From: Candidatus Sericytochromatia bacterium
GTDB lineage: Bacteria > Cyanobacteriota > Sericytochromatia > S15B-MN24 > JAQBPE01
Direction: 5' to 3'
NCBI GenBank assembly: GCA_035285125.1
Contig: JAYKHR010000004.1
Location: 10,053-74,052, forward strand
DNA: 64,000 nucleotides
In this document: piece after piece, positions 19,601-28,219 of the stretch
Layout of the letters: the number at the start of each line of letters is the position of its first letter
Numbering within the stretch: position 1 is the stretch's first letter
Notes under the pieces: model-generated
What the model was told of the DNA's origin: nothing
What the model saw: the letters and a program-made list of their open reading frames with translations, nothing else
The model's database searches: none
Position numbers and translations under genes: made by a program

Positions 19601-21372
19601 CGAGCCGCAGGCTCCCTCTCGAGGATCCAGTCGACCCACCAACCCAGCGCGAGCCGCAGCCGGCCGGCCCCCTCCACCAGGAGGCGGCGGGCGACCAGGG
19701 CCTCCCGCTCGAGCGGCCAGTCAGGTGCCAGGTTGGCGGAGACCGCGCGCCACTCCTCCGTGGTGCAGGCCCCCCCCTGCAGGGCGATCACGGTCATGAT
19801 CGTGCGCTGGCCCACGGTGAGGGCCCGCCACGTCGCACCCAGCACGGTGTCCACAGAGCCCGGGACGGCCGCCGTCGGGTCGTCGGCAGCCAGCATCTGG
19901 GGCAGCGCCTGGGCCATCCAGCCCGGGTTCCCTCCCGCCACCTGACAGAGCCTGGACGCCCACCCTTCCGGCGGCGCCTCGGGCAACACCGACGCCAGCC
20001 AGGTGGCCGTGCGCGCCGCATCGAACGCGGGGAGCGCGTAAGCCGTCAGGCCGCGCACCGGCGCCTGCGAGGCGACCAGCAGATGCCACTCGCGCAGCGA
20101 GCCCGCCAGCCCGTCGAGCAGGATGGTCCGGCTGACCTCGTCCACGTGCTCCCAGCCGTCGACGAGCACCATCGGGCGGTGCCCGGCCATCGCAGCGGCC
20201 AGCAGCTGGCGGAGGAGCTCGGGCAGCACCCGGGCGAGCCGGGCAGGCTCGTCGAGGGGCACCGCCTCCGGAAAGCTCCAGGGCCACAGGGAGGCCATCA
20301 GGCGCATCAGGGGCCTCGGCACCGCCGCTGCCGCCTCGGGCGCCCGCGCCACGGCCCAGCGCCAGAGTTGCTCCAGCAGGGTGTAGGGGCCCGAGCCGGG
20401 CTCCCCCGTCAGGAGCAGGGCGGGGCGTCCCTGCCGCCGCAGGAGGGCGTAGGCCTCGTGGATGCAGCGGGTGCGGCCCGAGCCCGCCTCGCCGACCCAG
20501 GCGAAGCCGCCGGCCACGCCCAGCTGGCTACACCAGGCGCCCCAGTCCGGCGGGGGCACGAAGGTGCCCTCGGCCAGAATCGGGGCCTCCCGGCCCGCCA
20601 CGAGCTCCAGGGCCCGCCCGACCTCCCGGGCGGAGGCGGGCCTGTCGGCCGGCGCCTTGCCGAGGAGCCGCATCACGAGGGTCGCCAGCGGCGGGGGCAC
20701 CACCTCGGGGAGGGGCCGGGGGGCCTCAGCGCAAACGGCTGCGACCAGGGCCGTCGGGTCGTCGCCCCCGAAGGGCGGCTGGCCCGCCAGCAGCGCATAC
20801 ATCACGGCCCCGAGTGCGTACAGGTCGCCCCGGGCGTCCACGGGCTCCCCCCGCAGCGCCTCGGGCGCCATCCAGCGCGGGTCACCCGGGCAGCCCACCG
20901 CCGGGGCCTGGGCCACCAGGCCGAAGTCCAGCAGGCGCGCCTGGCCCCCCGGCTCGAGCAGCACGTTCGACGGCGAGAGGTCCCGGTACACCAGGCCCTC
21001 GGCGTGGAGCGCCGCCAGGGCTGCGGCAAGCTGCCGCGCCCAGCGGGCCACGAGGGCGGGAGGCTGGGGCCCCGCCTTGGCCGCGAGGGTCGCCCCGGGG
21101 TGGTGCGCGAGCACGAGGTACGGGGTGCCCGTCGCGGTGACACCGTGGTCCAACGCCTCCCGCAAGTTGGGGTGGCGCACACGCGTCGCGTGGTTGAACT
21201 CCTGCCTGAACTGGGCCTCGACGAGGGGCTCGGAGCGCAGGGCAACCTTCAGCACGACCCGGCGCGTCGTCGCGGGGTCGATCGCCTCGTAGACCCGGGA
21301 GGACTCCCCCTGGCCGAGCAGGGCGATGATCTGGAACGGGCCGATGAACGACTGAGGCTGCGCGGAAGTCAC
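16582..21372 (-). CDS. Hybrid Ser/Thr kinase-AAA/STAND-TPR-GAF-histidine kinase
   Basis: Kinase motifs GQGESS, VLKV, YRDLSPSN, DFG, MAPE. P-loop-like GEAGSGRT. TPR helices. GAF (RSVVCVPM...GVLYVD). His kinase boxes SHDLKAPL, NLLDNALKYT, DSGPG, GSGLGL. GTG at 21372 follows AGGAG. Confidence 0.88.
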   Translation of the reverse strand: MTSAQPQSFIGPFQIIALLGQGESSRVYEAIDPATTRRVVLKVALRSEPLVEAQFRQEFNHATRVRHPNLREALDHGVTATGTPYLVLAHHPGATLAAKAGPQPPALVARWARQLAAALAALHAEGLVYRDLSPSNVLLEPGGQARLLDFGLVAQAPAVGCPGDPRWMAPEALRGEPVDARGDLYALGAVMYALLAGQPPFGGDDPTALVAAVCAEAPRPLPEVVPPPLATLVMRLLGKAPADRPASAREVGRALELVAGREAPILAEGTFVPPPDWGAWCSQLGVAGGFAWVGEAGSGRTRCIHEAYALLRRQGRPALLLTGEPGSGPYTLLEQLWRWAVARAPEAAAAVPRPLMRLMASLWPWSFPEAVPLDEPARLARVLPELLRQLLAAAMAGHRPMVLVDGWEHVDEVSRTILLDGLAGSLREWHLLVASQAPVRGLTAYALPAFDAARTATWLASVLPEAPPEGWASRLCQVAGGNPGWMAQALPQMLAADDPTAAVPGSVDTVLGATWRALTVGQRTIMTVIALQGGACTTEEWRAVSANLAPDWPLEREALVARRLLVEGAGRLRLALGWWVDWILEREPAARLAHLSSELARALASLPAAQLVPVPPALAHRIARLAVRGDDRSLALRWSSLAAEAAARVWAYEVALGHARAGLAAAAGLGLGGEGNLATVGLRGIEADALRVLGRLGEAIELYEAITPHAPDRTTRGRWLTSTGKCHQMSSRLPEALAAYDQAIGVLSEAGAYAECARARAAIGRAQFMAGERGASEAAYRLALHEARQAGHVAIEAEALAFLGNLAVEAPGTCAEGLAALEQALQLQIRDGRPFSRIDTQSLLGNALLTLGRPREARPHFAACRELSMEVGNLQDAGLACLNLALCDVEQGRWHRAASWLEEAERLALQSDYPLLGGFASAADGLVRTMMGDTEAAQAAVATSREREARLGVPYLRQFGLVFEAWRHLWLGAFDQARRAAQLALELVARAGGGEWEFRAQAVLVEACLLSRDTKAGTAALERLQAMAVGRGDGLRVVVARLEGVQAYVAQEPEAAREAWEEARRLARLEELAGLEIELGTLLCLLARELGPGVSVLADLDRALGLAEGLGAPVPLGLVHLALAAHHHAAGDEVRAERLVRQGHVLLGSGTRDLPSGAARQQFLAHPLRKPWCEGEGLEQTHVLLQRTRRLEMLVSLGQALGVSQEPDAVLQRVTAFTQELTRAERCLVLLAEPTGTGWRVWGEAAAEAYSRTVVAQAARERKSVAVLDTLSDQDLNLKRSIEELRLRSVVCVPMLAGSTLHGVLYVDSQLSLGAFGPDDVRVLEAIAAQAAFALDTARMVQALRSQMEQQAAHLRLLAEKDTTITALRDYDRARQAAFESESHDLKAPLASILVAAQSLHKELDGPLTPLQAETVEGLLLNTRALMTRIDGILDAASLEAGRLSLHVATIRLQDVVADALRQLAPVAEARRLSLTAPIDAWRALPPVRGDARRLALVVQNLLDNALKYTTSGGIHLTLGVAERGVRLTIQDSGPGLPPERRAAPFQRYGGRDPDQPGSGLGLWRTAALVEQHGGTIEVTCPDGGGTRVEVTLPRA

Positions 21373-21540
21373 CAGAACTCCTGCCGGATGAGGGCGTCGC
21401 GCCGATCGTATACCCACCGGCAGCCCGTCACGGAGTTAACGTGAAAACTGTCAGGAGTTATTCATTCCTTAAGAAGCTTCGCGCAGGAGCCGGCGACAAC
21501 CCCAGGGACCCCTCTTCCCCAGGCTCTCGGAGGCTCCCCG

Positions 21541-22296
21541 ATGCTGCGTCGACGCGCCGCTGCGCTGGCTTGTGCGGTCCTGTCACTCTGCGTGGCGAGC
21601 TGTGGCACCTTGCCGACCGCGGCGCGCAAGGCCCGCCCCGCGCCCGTGCGCCCGGTCACCGGCCTGGCGCCGCAGGGCCCCGTCGCGCCGCCTGTGATGG
21701 GGGCCAGGCAGGTTCCCGAGGTGCAACAGCTGCTGGAGGGCCTTCGTCGCGTGCAGGCTCAGGTGCCGGGCTTCAGCGCCACGATCGAGACCTTCGACAA
21801 GGGGGCCGCGGGGCAGGAGACCAACACGATGCGCGTGACCTTCCGCAAGCCCGCGACGCTGAAGATCGAGATGCTCAAGGCGCAGGGGCAGGCCCAGGGC
21901 GCCACGATCGTCTGGACAGGTGGGGATACCCTGAGGATCAAGCCGACCTTCCTGCCAATGGCAGTGGAGAAAGGCATCCACGAGGCCCAGACGAAGTCCA
22001 AGAACGGGTGGACCATCAAGGACACCGAGGTCAACGCCATCTTCAGGGTGCTGCTGGACCCGGCAGCCCAGATCCGCCCCCTGGGGCCGCAGCCCGTCGG
22101 CGGGCGCCCGCTGCCGGTGTACGAGGTGCGCTCGGCACAGAGCCCGCGGGGCGCAAGCCACGAGGCGATCGCCATCGACCCGCAGACGGGCCTGCCTGCC
22201 GCCAGGATGGTCTTCCGCGGCCAGGATCTCATCTACCGTGCCACGATCAAGTCGATGGCCGTGCGACAGGTCGGGGCCTCGGAGGTCGAAATCTGA
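21541..22296 (+). CDS. LolA-fold-like lipoprotein
   Basis: VASC lipobox. FSATIE...FRKPATLKIE...IVWTG...IDPQTGLP pattern. Confidence 0.6.
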   Translation: MLRRRAAALACAVLSLCVASCGTLPTAARKARPAPVRPVTGLAPQGPVAPPVMGARQVPEVQQLLEGLRRVQAQVPGFSATIETFDKGAAGQETNTMRVTFRKPATLKIEMLKAQGQAQGATIVWTGGDTLRIKPTFLPMAVEKGIHEAQTKSKNGWTIKDTEVNAIFRVLLDPAAQIRPLGPQPVGGRPLPVYEVRSAQSPRGASHEAIAIDPQTGLPAARMVFRGQDLIYRATIKSMAVRQVGASEVEI

Positions 22297-22447
22297 CACC
22301 GCGCGGGCGGCCCGGGCCCGCCCGCCCCGGGGGCCGCGCAGGCCCCGGTGTCCGCATCACATCGCGGGCCTCCCCTGCCCGGCTAGCATGGGCCTCGCCT
22401 CGCCGCTCGGCGGGGAGCCCGCCCATGGCCCGGATATGCGCACCCGA

Positions 22448-24343
22448 ATGTCCTTCATCCCGCTTCCTCGATCCTCGTCCCTCGCCCGCCGCGGGCTGAA
22501 CTCGGTGCTCGCGCTGGCTTGCGCCCTCACGGTGGTGGCGCCGGCCGCCGGCGCGACCACCGGGTCGCGGGCGCGTGACCTCAAGCAAAAGGCCGGTGTG
22601 GCCCGCACCGCTGAGGCCCCCAAGGCGACGCCCGAGGCAGGCGGCGCCCGGGCTCGCCACGCGGCGCACGCCCGGCGCAGCACGCCCCACGGAGAGGCCG
22701 CCGCAGCAGGCGCCACCGCCACCCGCCGGGCCGCCCCCAAGGCCGACGCAGCAGGCGCCACCACCACCCGCCAGGCCGCCCCCAGGGCCGCCGCAGCCAG
22801 CGCCACCACCCGTCAGGCCGCCCCCAAGGCCGCCGCAGCAGGCACCACCGCCGCCCGCCAGGCCACGCCCAAGGCCACCGCAGCCAGCGCCACCAGCCGC
22901 CAGGCCACGCCCAAGGCCACCGCAGCCCGCAAGCTCGCCCCCCGGCTCGTGGCAGGCGCCGCCGGGCTCGCGGCCGCGACCGCAGGGGGCCGGGGCCCGG
23001 CCAGGCCCGGTGTGCCCGCCCCGGAGCCGCTCGTGATCGAGGACCTCGCCTGGCGGCGGTTCGGCCTCGTGCTCCAGACGTCCGCCGGCTTCAAGCCGCT
23101 GGTCTCGGTGCTGGAACATCCCCACCGCTTCGTGATTGACATGCCGGCAGCCGAGTTTGCCGACCCGGCGCTCAAGCGCACGATCCAGGTCGATCAGGCG
23201 GGGATCCGGCAGGTGCGGATGTCCAAGCAAGGGGCCGGCGTGCGCATCGTGCTCGACTGCGAGGCGGCGCCTAGCTTCCAGGTGATGCAGCTGCGCGACC
23301 GCTCGATGCTGGTCGTGGCCCGCGCCGGTCAGGAGGACCCGGGCCTCAAGGCGCTCGTCGAGAGGTTCTCCGACGAGGGTGAGGCGGCCGACCCGGCAGA
23401 GGGGCAGCAACTGGCGGGCGTGTGGGCGAAGGAGGCGGGCGATCGCCTGACGCTCCACGTCGGCCTCAGCGGGACCACCGCCCTGCGCTACCAGCTCTTC
23501 CAGGCCCAGCCCCACCAGCTGCGCCTGCGCGTGCCTGGCGGCGCCTACACCGGCAGCCTGCCTGCGACGGGGCGCCTGCTGCGGCGCGTGGAGGCGGCCC
23601 GCAAGGGCAGCACCTGGAACCTGGAGGTGACCCTCGCCGAGGGTCACTACGAGGTGTCCGAGACCCGGGATGATGCAGGCGGCATCACGCTCGTCTGGGA
23701 GCGCGTGGACCCCCGGGCCCGCGACGGGATGCCGCTGGTCGTGATCGACCCCGGCCACGGCGGGGCCGATCCCGGCGCCGTGGGCCCCTCGGGACGCACG
23801 GAGAAGGCCGCCTGCCTCGGCCTGGCCCGTGGGCTGCGCGACACGCTGCGCCGTCGCGGCTACAACGCCATCCTCACGCGGGGGGTGGACGCCGAGGTCT
23901 ACCTCGCGCCGCGCCTGGCGATGATCGAGCGCTGGCAGGCCGACATGTTCGTCAGCCTCCACGCCAACAGCCACGCGAGCCACGAGGCCAACGGGCTGGA
24001 GACCTTCTGGCGGGAGCCCGGCTCTCAGGCCTTCGCCGAGACGGTACACCGCACGGTGGCGACGCTGCTGCGGCGCCCCGACCGCGGCACCAAGCAGGAC
24101 CGCCTGTACGTGCTGCGGCACGCCACCGTGCCCTCCCTCCTGCTCGAGACGGGCTTCATCTCCAACCCCGGCGAGGAACGCTGGCTCGACGACCCCGCGC
24201 ACCAGGGGCAGGCGGCCTTCGCCATCGCAGCGGGAATCGAGAACTTCCGGGCGGCCCCGCTCGTCCACCGGCCCCTCGCAGCACCGGGCAAGCGCCTCGG
24301 CGAGGCCCTCATCGCCGCCATGAGGGACTGCCATGCGCCCTGA
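22448..24343 (+). CDS. N-acetylmuramoyl-L-alanine amidase (AMIN + Amidase_3)
   Basis: Signal peptide, AMIN-like PHRFVIDMP...IRQVR, then VVIDPGHGG, EK, FVSLHAN and LLETGFISN. The start position is uncertain. Confidence 0.9.
   Translation: MSFIPLPRSSSLARRGLNSVLALACALTVVAPAAGATTGSRARDLKQKAGVARTAEAPKATPEAGGARARHAAHARRSTPHGEAAAAGATATRRAAPKADAAGATTTRQAAPRAAAASATTRQAAPKAAAAGTTAARQATPKATAASATSRQATPKATAARKLAPRLVAGAAGLAAATAGGRGPARPGVPAPEPLVIEDLAWRRFGLVLQTSAGFKPLVSVLEHPHRFVIDMPAAEFADPALKRTIQVDQAGIRQVRMSKQGAGVRIVLDCEAAPSFQVMQLRDRSMLVVARAGQEDPGLKALVERFSDEGEAADPAEGQQLAGVWAKEAGDRLTLHVGLSGTTALRYQLFQAQPHQLRLRVPGGAYTGSLPATGRLLRRVEAARKGSTWNLEVTLAEGHYEVSETRDDAGGITLVWERVDPRARDGMPLVVIDPGHGGADPGAVGPSGRTEKAACLGLARGLRDTLRRRGYNAILTRGVDAEVYLAPRLAMIERWQADMFVSLHANSHASHEANGLETFWREPGSQAFAETVHRTVATLLRRPDRGTKQDRLYVLRHATVPSLLLETGFISNPGEERWLDDPAHQGQAAFAIAAGIENFRAAPLVHRPLAAPGKRLGEALIAAMRDCHAP
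22697..22930 (+). repeat. About 5 imperfect 42/45-bp coding tandem repeats (AAAAGATTTRQAAPK-type)
   Basis: Repeated gccgcagc...accacccgccaggccgcccccaag units. Confidence 0.85.
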
Positions 24344-24451
24344 GGGCGAGCCAGGCGCCGCCACACGGGGTATCATCACCTGGGTTATGTCAGCCAGCTG
24401 TGGTGACGCTGGCTCCCGCACGCACGCGGGCGCCCCCTCCGAGGAGATCCG

Positions 24452-26635
24452 ATGGAACTGAAGCAGTACTGGCAGATCCTGTGGAAGCGTCGCTGGTGGG
24501 TGCTGCTGGCCTTCTTGCTGGTGGTCGTGACCACCGGCGCGATCACCTTCACGACGGCGCCCGTCTACCAGGCCTCGACCAAGCTGCTGATCGAGCAGCG
24601 TGACCGCACGCTGTCGGCCCTCGGCTCCGAGATGGCCAACATGACCGAGCTGTCCAGCCTGTCACGCACGGGCAGCCCGCTGGACACCCAGGCCGAGCTC
24701 CTCCGCAGCGTGCCCGTGATCGCCCGCGTGATCAAGCGCGTGAACCTCACGGACGCCGAGACGGGCAACCTCATTGCCACCGAGGACTTCCTCGGCGCCG
24801 CGCGCGTCACCCAGATCAAGGGCACGGACATCCTCCAGATCTCCTACGTCCACACCGACCCGATCGTCGCCACCCAGGTGAGCGACGTGTGGGCCCAGGT
24901 GTTCCTGGAGCAGAACCGGCAGGCCAACCGCACGGAGGCCTCCAGCGCCGCGCGCTTCATCCAGGGCCAGCTCCAGAAGACCAAGCGGGAGCTCGCCGAA
25001 GCCGAGCAGGCCCTGCGAGACTACAAGGCCGCCCACGGCGCCGTCGACCTGACGGAGGAGGCCCGCACCTCCGTCCAGACGATGGCCAACATGGAGGCCG
25101 AGCTGCGCCAGGCGACGGCCGCGAAGAATGAGGCCGCAAGCCGGGTCGCGGCCATGCGCTCCAAGCTCGGGATGTCGGCGCAGGAGGCCATGACCTCCTC
25201 GGCCATCAGCCAGGACCAGACCATCCAGAAGCTCCGCGGGCAGCTGCTGGAGCTCGAGACCAGCCCCGTGCTGTCGAACGCCTCGCTGACGCCGAACCAC
25301 CCCGAGGTCAAGGCCATCCAGGCGCAGATCAGCGTGATCCGGCGGGCCCTCGCGCAGGAAGCCGCCGAGGTCGTGGGCCGGCGATACGGCTCCGACAGCG
25401 TCCGCTCGAACATGGATCCCATCCGCCAGGGCCTCACGAAGGAGCTCGTGGCGGCGGAGATCGACGCCCTCGGCTTCCAGACCCGCGTCGACTCCCTGTC
25501 CCGCGTCGTGGGGGGCTTCAACGGCCGCCTGGCCTCATTGCCGAACAAGGAGCTCAACCTCACGCGGCTGATGCGCAACGCCTCGGTGACGGCCGAGCTC
25601 TACAAGATGCTGCTCCAGAAGCACGAGGAGGCGCGCATCCAGGAGGCGATGAACGTGGGCAACGTGCGGATCGTCGAGGAAGCCGTGCTGCCCGAGCGCC
25701 CCATCCGGCCCAAGAAGGCCCAGAACATGATGCTGGCCGTCCTCGTGGGCCTGCTCGGCGGCATTGGCCTGGCCATGTTCCTCGAGTACCTCGACGACTC
25801 GATCCAGACGGTGGACGACGCCGAGGACGCGGTGCAGCTGACGACGCTGGGCATCATCCCCTGGGTTCGCGACAACGAGGCCGCCCGGCTCATCGCGCTG
25901 TCGGACCCGCGGTCACCCGCCTCGGAGTCCTACAGGACGCTGCGCACCAACATCAAGTTCCTCTCCGCGGACAAGCCGCTGCGGACGCTCACCGTGACCT
26001 CCGCGGGCCCCGAGGAGGGCAAGTCCACGACCATCGCCAACATGGGCGTCTCGTTCGCCCAGTCCGGCAAGCGCACGCTCATCGTCGACACGGACATGCG
26101 CAAGCCCACCGTCCACACCATCTTCAAGCTGTCGAACCGGGAGGGCGTCTCGTCGGTGCTGACGGGCGAACGGACGCTCGAAGAGTGCATCCGGGCGACC
26201 GACCAGCCGGGGCTGTTCGTGCTGACGTGTGGCCCCACGCCGCCGAACCCGGCCGAACTGCTGGAGTCTCAGCGGATGCTGAACCTCATCGAGGACCTCA
26301 AGGCCCAGTTCGATCTGGTGCTCTTCGACGCCCCGCCGATCATCGCCGTGACGGACGCCAGCGTGCTCGGCGCGCGCCTCGACGGCCTGCTGCTCCTGAT
26401 GGGCATCAACAAGGTGACGCGCAAGGCGTCCCGCCACGCGCTGTCGCTGCTGTCTCGCGCCAACGTCAAGGTGTGGGGGATGGTCGTCCGCGGCGTCAGG
26501 CCTGACAACGACGGCTACTACTACAGCTACTACCACAAGTACTACGGCAAGGTGGACAACCGCCACGACAAGACCCTGCCGACGCCCGCGCCAGCCCCGG
26601 CGGCGCGAGGCGGCGGCGAGCCGTCGGACGCCTGA
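24452..26635 (+). CDS. wzc: Polysaccharide co-polymerase / BY tyrosine kinase (Wzc/GumC)
   Basis: Wzz-type N-terminal TM, coiled coil, GNVR motif, ESYRTLRTN, EEGKST, DTDMRKP, DAPP and a C-terminal Tyr cluster YYYSYYHKYY. Confidence 0.92.
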   Translation: MELKQYWQILWKRRWWVLLAFLLVVVTTGAITFTTAPVYQASTKLLIEQRDRTLSALGSEMANMTELSSLSRTGSPLDTQAELLRSVPVIARVIKRVNLTDAETGNLIATEDFLGAARVTQIKGTDILQISYVHTDPIVATQVSDVWAQVFLEQNRQANRTEASSAARFIQGQLQKTKRELAEAEQALRDYKAAHGAVDLTEEARTSVQTMANMEAELRQATAAKNEAASRVAAMRSKLGMSAQEAMTSSAISQDQTIQKLRGQLLELETSPVLSNASLTPNHPEVKAIQAQISVIRRALAQEAAEVVGRRYGSDSVRSNMDPIRQGLTKELVAAEIDALGFQTRVDSLSRVVGGFNGRLASLPNKELNLTRLMRNASVTAELYKMLLQKHEEARIQEAMNVGNVRIVEEAVLPERPIRPKKAQNMMLAVLVGLLGGIGLAMFLEYLDDSIQTVDDAEDAVQLTTLGIIPWVRDNEAARLIALSDPRSPASESYRTLRTNIKFLSADKPLRTLTVTSAGPEEGKSTTIANMGVSFAQSGKRTLIVDTDMRKPTVHTIFKLSNREGVSSVLTGERTLEECIRATDQPGLFVLTCGPTPPNPAELLESQRMLNLIEDLKAQFDLVLFDAPPIIAVTDASVLGARLDGLLLLMGINKVTRKASRHALSLLSRANVKVWGMVVRGVRPDNDGYYYSYYHKYYGKVDNRHDKTLPTPAPAPAARGGGEPSDA

Positions 26636-26649
26636 GGCGCGGAGGTCCC

Positions 26650-27456
26650 TTGGAAGCCCTGGTGTCGCTCGACACGCACTGCCACCTGCTGCCCGGCATC
26701 GATGACGGGGCCAGGGACGTCGAGGAGGCCGCGGCGATCGCCGAGGCGCTCGTGGCCTATGGCATCACGCGCGTCGTGGTCACCCCCCACGTGCACCGCG
26801 ACCTCTACCCCAACACGCGGGCGACCATCCTGCCGGTGGTGGCCGAGACCCAGGCCGCCCTCGCCCGCCGGGGCAGCCCGATGCAGCTCGTGGCAGGGGC
26901 GGAGGTGCGCCTGGACCCGGAGAGCTGCACGCCCGACCAGTGGCTCACCTTCGGCGACCTCGGGACGCACATGCTCGTGGAGCTGCCCCCGGGGCTGCCC
27001 CTCGTGGCGAACCTCGAGAGCCAGCTGTTCGCGATCCAGGCCGCTGGCATCACCCCCATCATCGCGCACCCGGAGCGGCAGGGCGTGCTGCTCCGAGAGC
27101 CCGACGTCCTCGAGCGCTGGGTCGTCGAGCGGGGGATGCTGGCCCAGGGGACGCTCTGCGCGCTTGCAGGCGCGGCCTCGGAGGGGACGGTGCAGGCGCT
27201 CGAGGGCTTCCTGCGGCGTGGCCTGATCCACTTCCTCGGCACCGACGTCCACCACGTCGACCGGCGCATCCGGGACCTCTCGCGGGCGGCGGCGCGGCTC
27301 GAGGCGCTGGTTGGCCCCGAAAACGCGCGCCTGATCAGGATCGACAACCCCAACGCCCTGCTGGACGGGGGGCCGATCCGCAGGCCCAGCCCCGTCAAGT
27401 CCGCTGCGCCCACCGGGCTGCTCCAGCGGCTCCGCGCCACCCTCCGCCTGCCTTGA
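26650..27456 (+). CDS. PHP-family tyrosine phosphatase (CpsB/YwqE-like)
   Basis: DTHCHLLPGIDDGA, TPH, GAE, IIAHPER and GTDVH motifs. Confidence 0.92.
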   Translation: MEALVSLDTHCHLLPGIDDGARDVEEAAAIAEALVAYGITRVVVTPHVHRDLYPNTRATILPVVAETQAALARRGSPMQLVAGAEVRLDPESCTPDQWLTFGDLGTHMLVELPPGLPLVANLESQLFAIQAAGITPIIAHPERQGVLLREPDVLERWVVERGMLAQGTLCALAGAASEGTVQALEGFLRRGLIHFLGTDVHHVDRRIRDLSRAAARLEALVGPENARLIRIDNPNALLDGGPIRRPSPVKSAAPTGLLQRLRATLRLP

Positions 27457-27469
27457 GAGAGGCCCTGCC

Positions 27470-28156
27470 ATGACCCGCCTGCTCAGCCCCCTCCTCGCCG
27501 CCGCCCTGCTGCTGGCAGGCCCCCTGCCACAGGCCATGGCCGCCCCGGCCCCCGCGGCCGCCCCCAAGGTGGACAGCCAGTACACGCTGCGCTACGGCGA
27601 CACCGTCAACCTCAAGGTGGTGGAGAACGAGAAGCTGACGCTTCAGGACCAGCCCATCCGGCCCGACGGGCGCGTCAGCTTCCCGCTCATCGGCGAGGTT
27701 CAGGCCGGGGGCCTGACGCTGCCGCAGCTGACGGACCGCGTCACGCAGGCCTACGGGCGCTTCTTCGTGGACCCTCACGTCGTCATCAACGTCGAGAAGT
27801 TCCGGCCGCTGACCATCAACGTGGTGGGCTTCGTGAACCGTCCCGGCACCTACGAGATCAAGGAGCCCGTGCGGCTGCTGCAGGCCATCGCCCTGGGCGG
27901 AGGCTACGACCTGCAACGGGCCGAGCTCAAGGACGTGCTGGTGCTGCGCGCCAACGGCGAGGTGCGGCACGCGGACCTCACGGGGGCGCTTTCAGGACGC
28001 TCCGACGACAACCTCTGGCTGCAAGACGGCGACACCGTCCGCATCGCGGAGGTCGCGGGTCCAGACTGGTTCCGGCTGCTGCCGCCCCTCGCGTCGGCGC
28101 TGAGCATCGGCAGCACCATCGTGCTGCTCATCGTTCAGACCCAGGCCCAGCGCTGA
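27470..28156 (+). CDS. Short polysaccharide export (OPX/Wza-like) protein
   Basis: YTLRYGDTV, IRPDGRVSFPLIGEV.AGGLT and SLBB (VVGFVNRPGTY...L.DGD). Hydrophobic C-terminal helix. Confidence 0.88.
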   Translation: MTRLLSPLLAAALLLAGPLPQAMAAPAPAAAPKVDSQYTLRYGDTVNLKVVENEKLTLQDQPIRPDGRVSFPLIGEVQAGGLTLPQLTDRVTQAYGRFFVDPHVVINVEKFRPLTINVVGFVNRPGTYEIKEPVRLLQAIALGGGYDLQRAELKDVLVLRANGEVRHADLTGALSGRSDDNLWLQDGDTVRIAEVAGPDWFRLLPPLASALSIGSTIVLLIVQTQAQR

Positions 28157-28219
28157 CCGGCGTTGCGGGGGCGTGGGCAGCGGGTACGTGGGGAAGAGGG
28201 CGAGAGGAGCAGGGGTGGG

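Noticed and set aside
17311..21444. 1377-aa plus-strand ORF
   Set aside because: Antisense shadow of the hybrid kinase in GC-rich DNA. No motifs.
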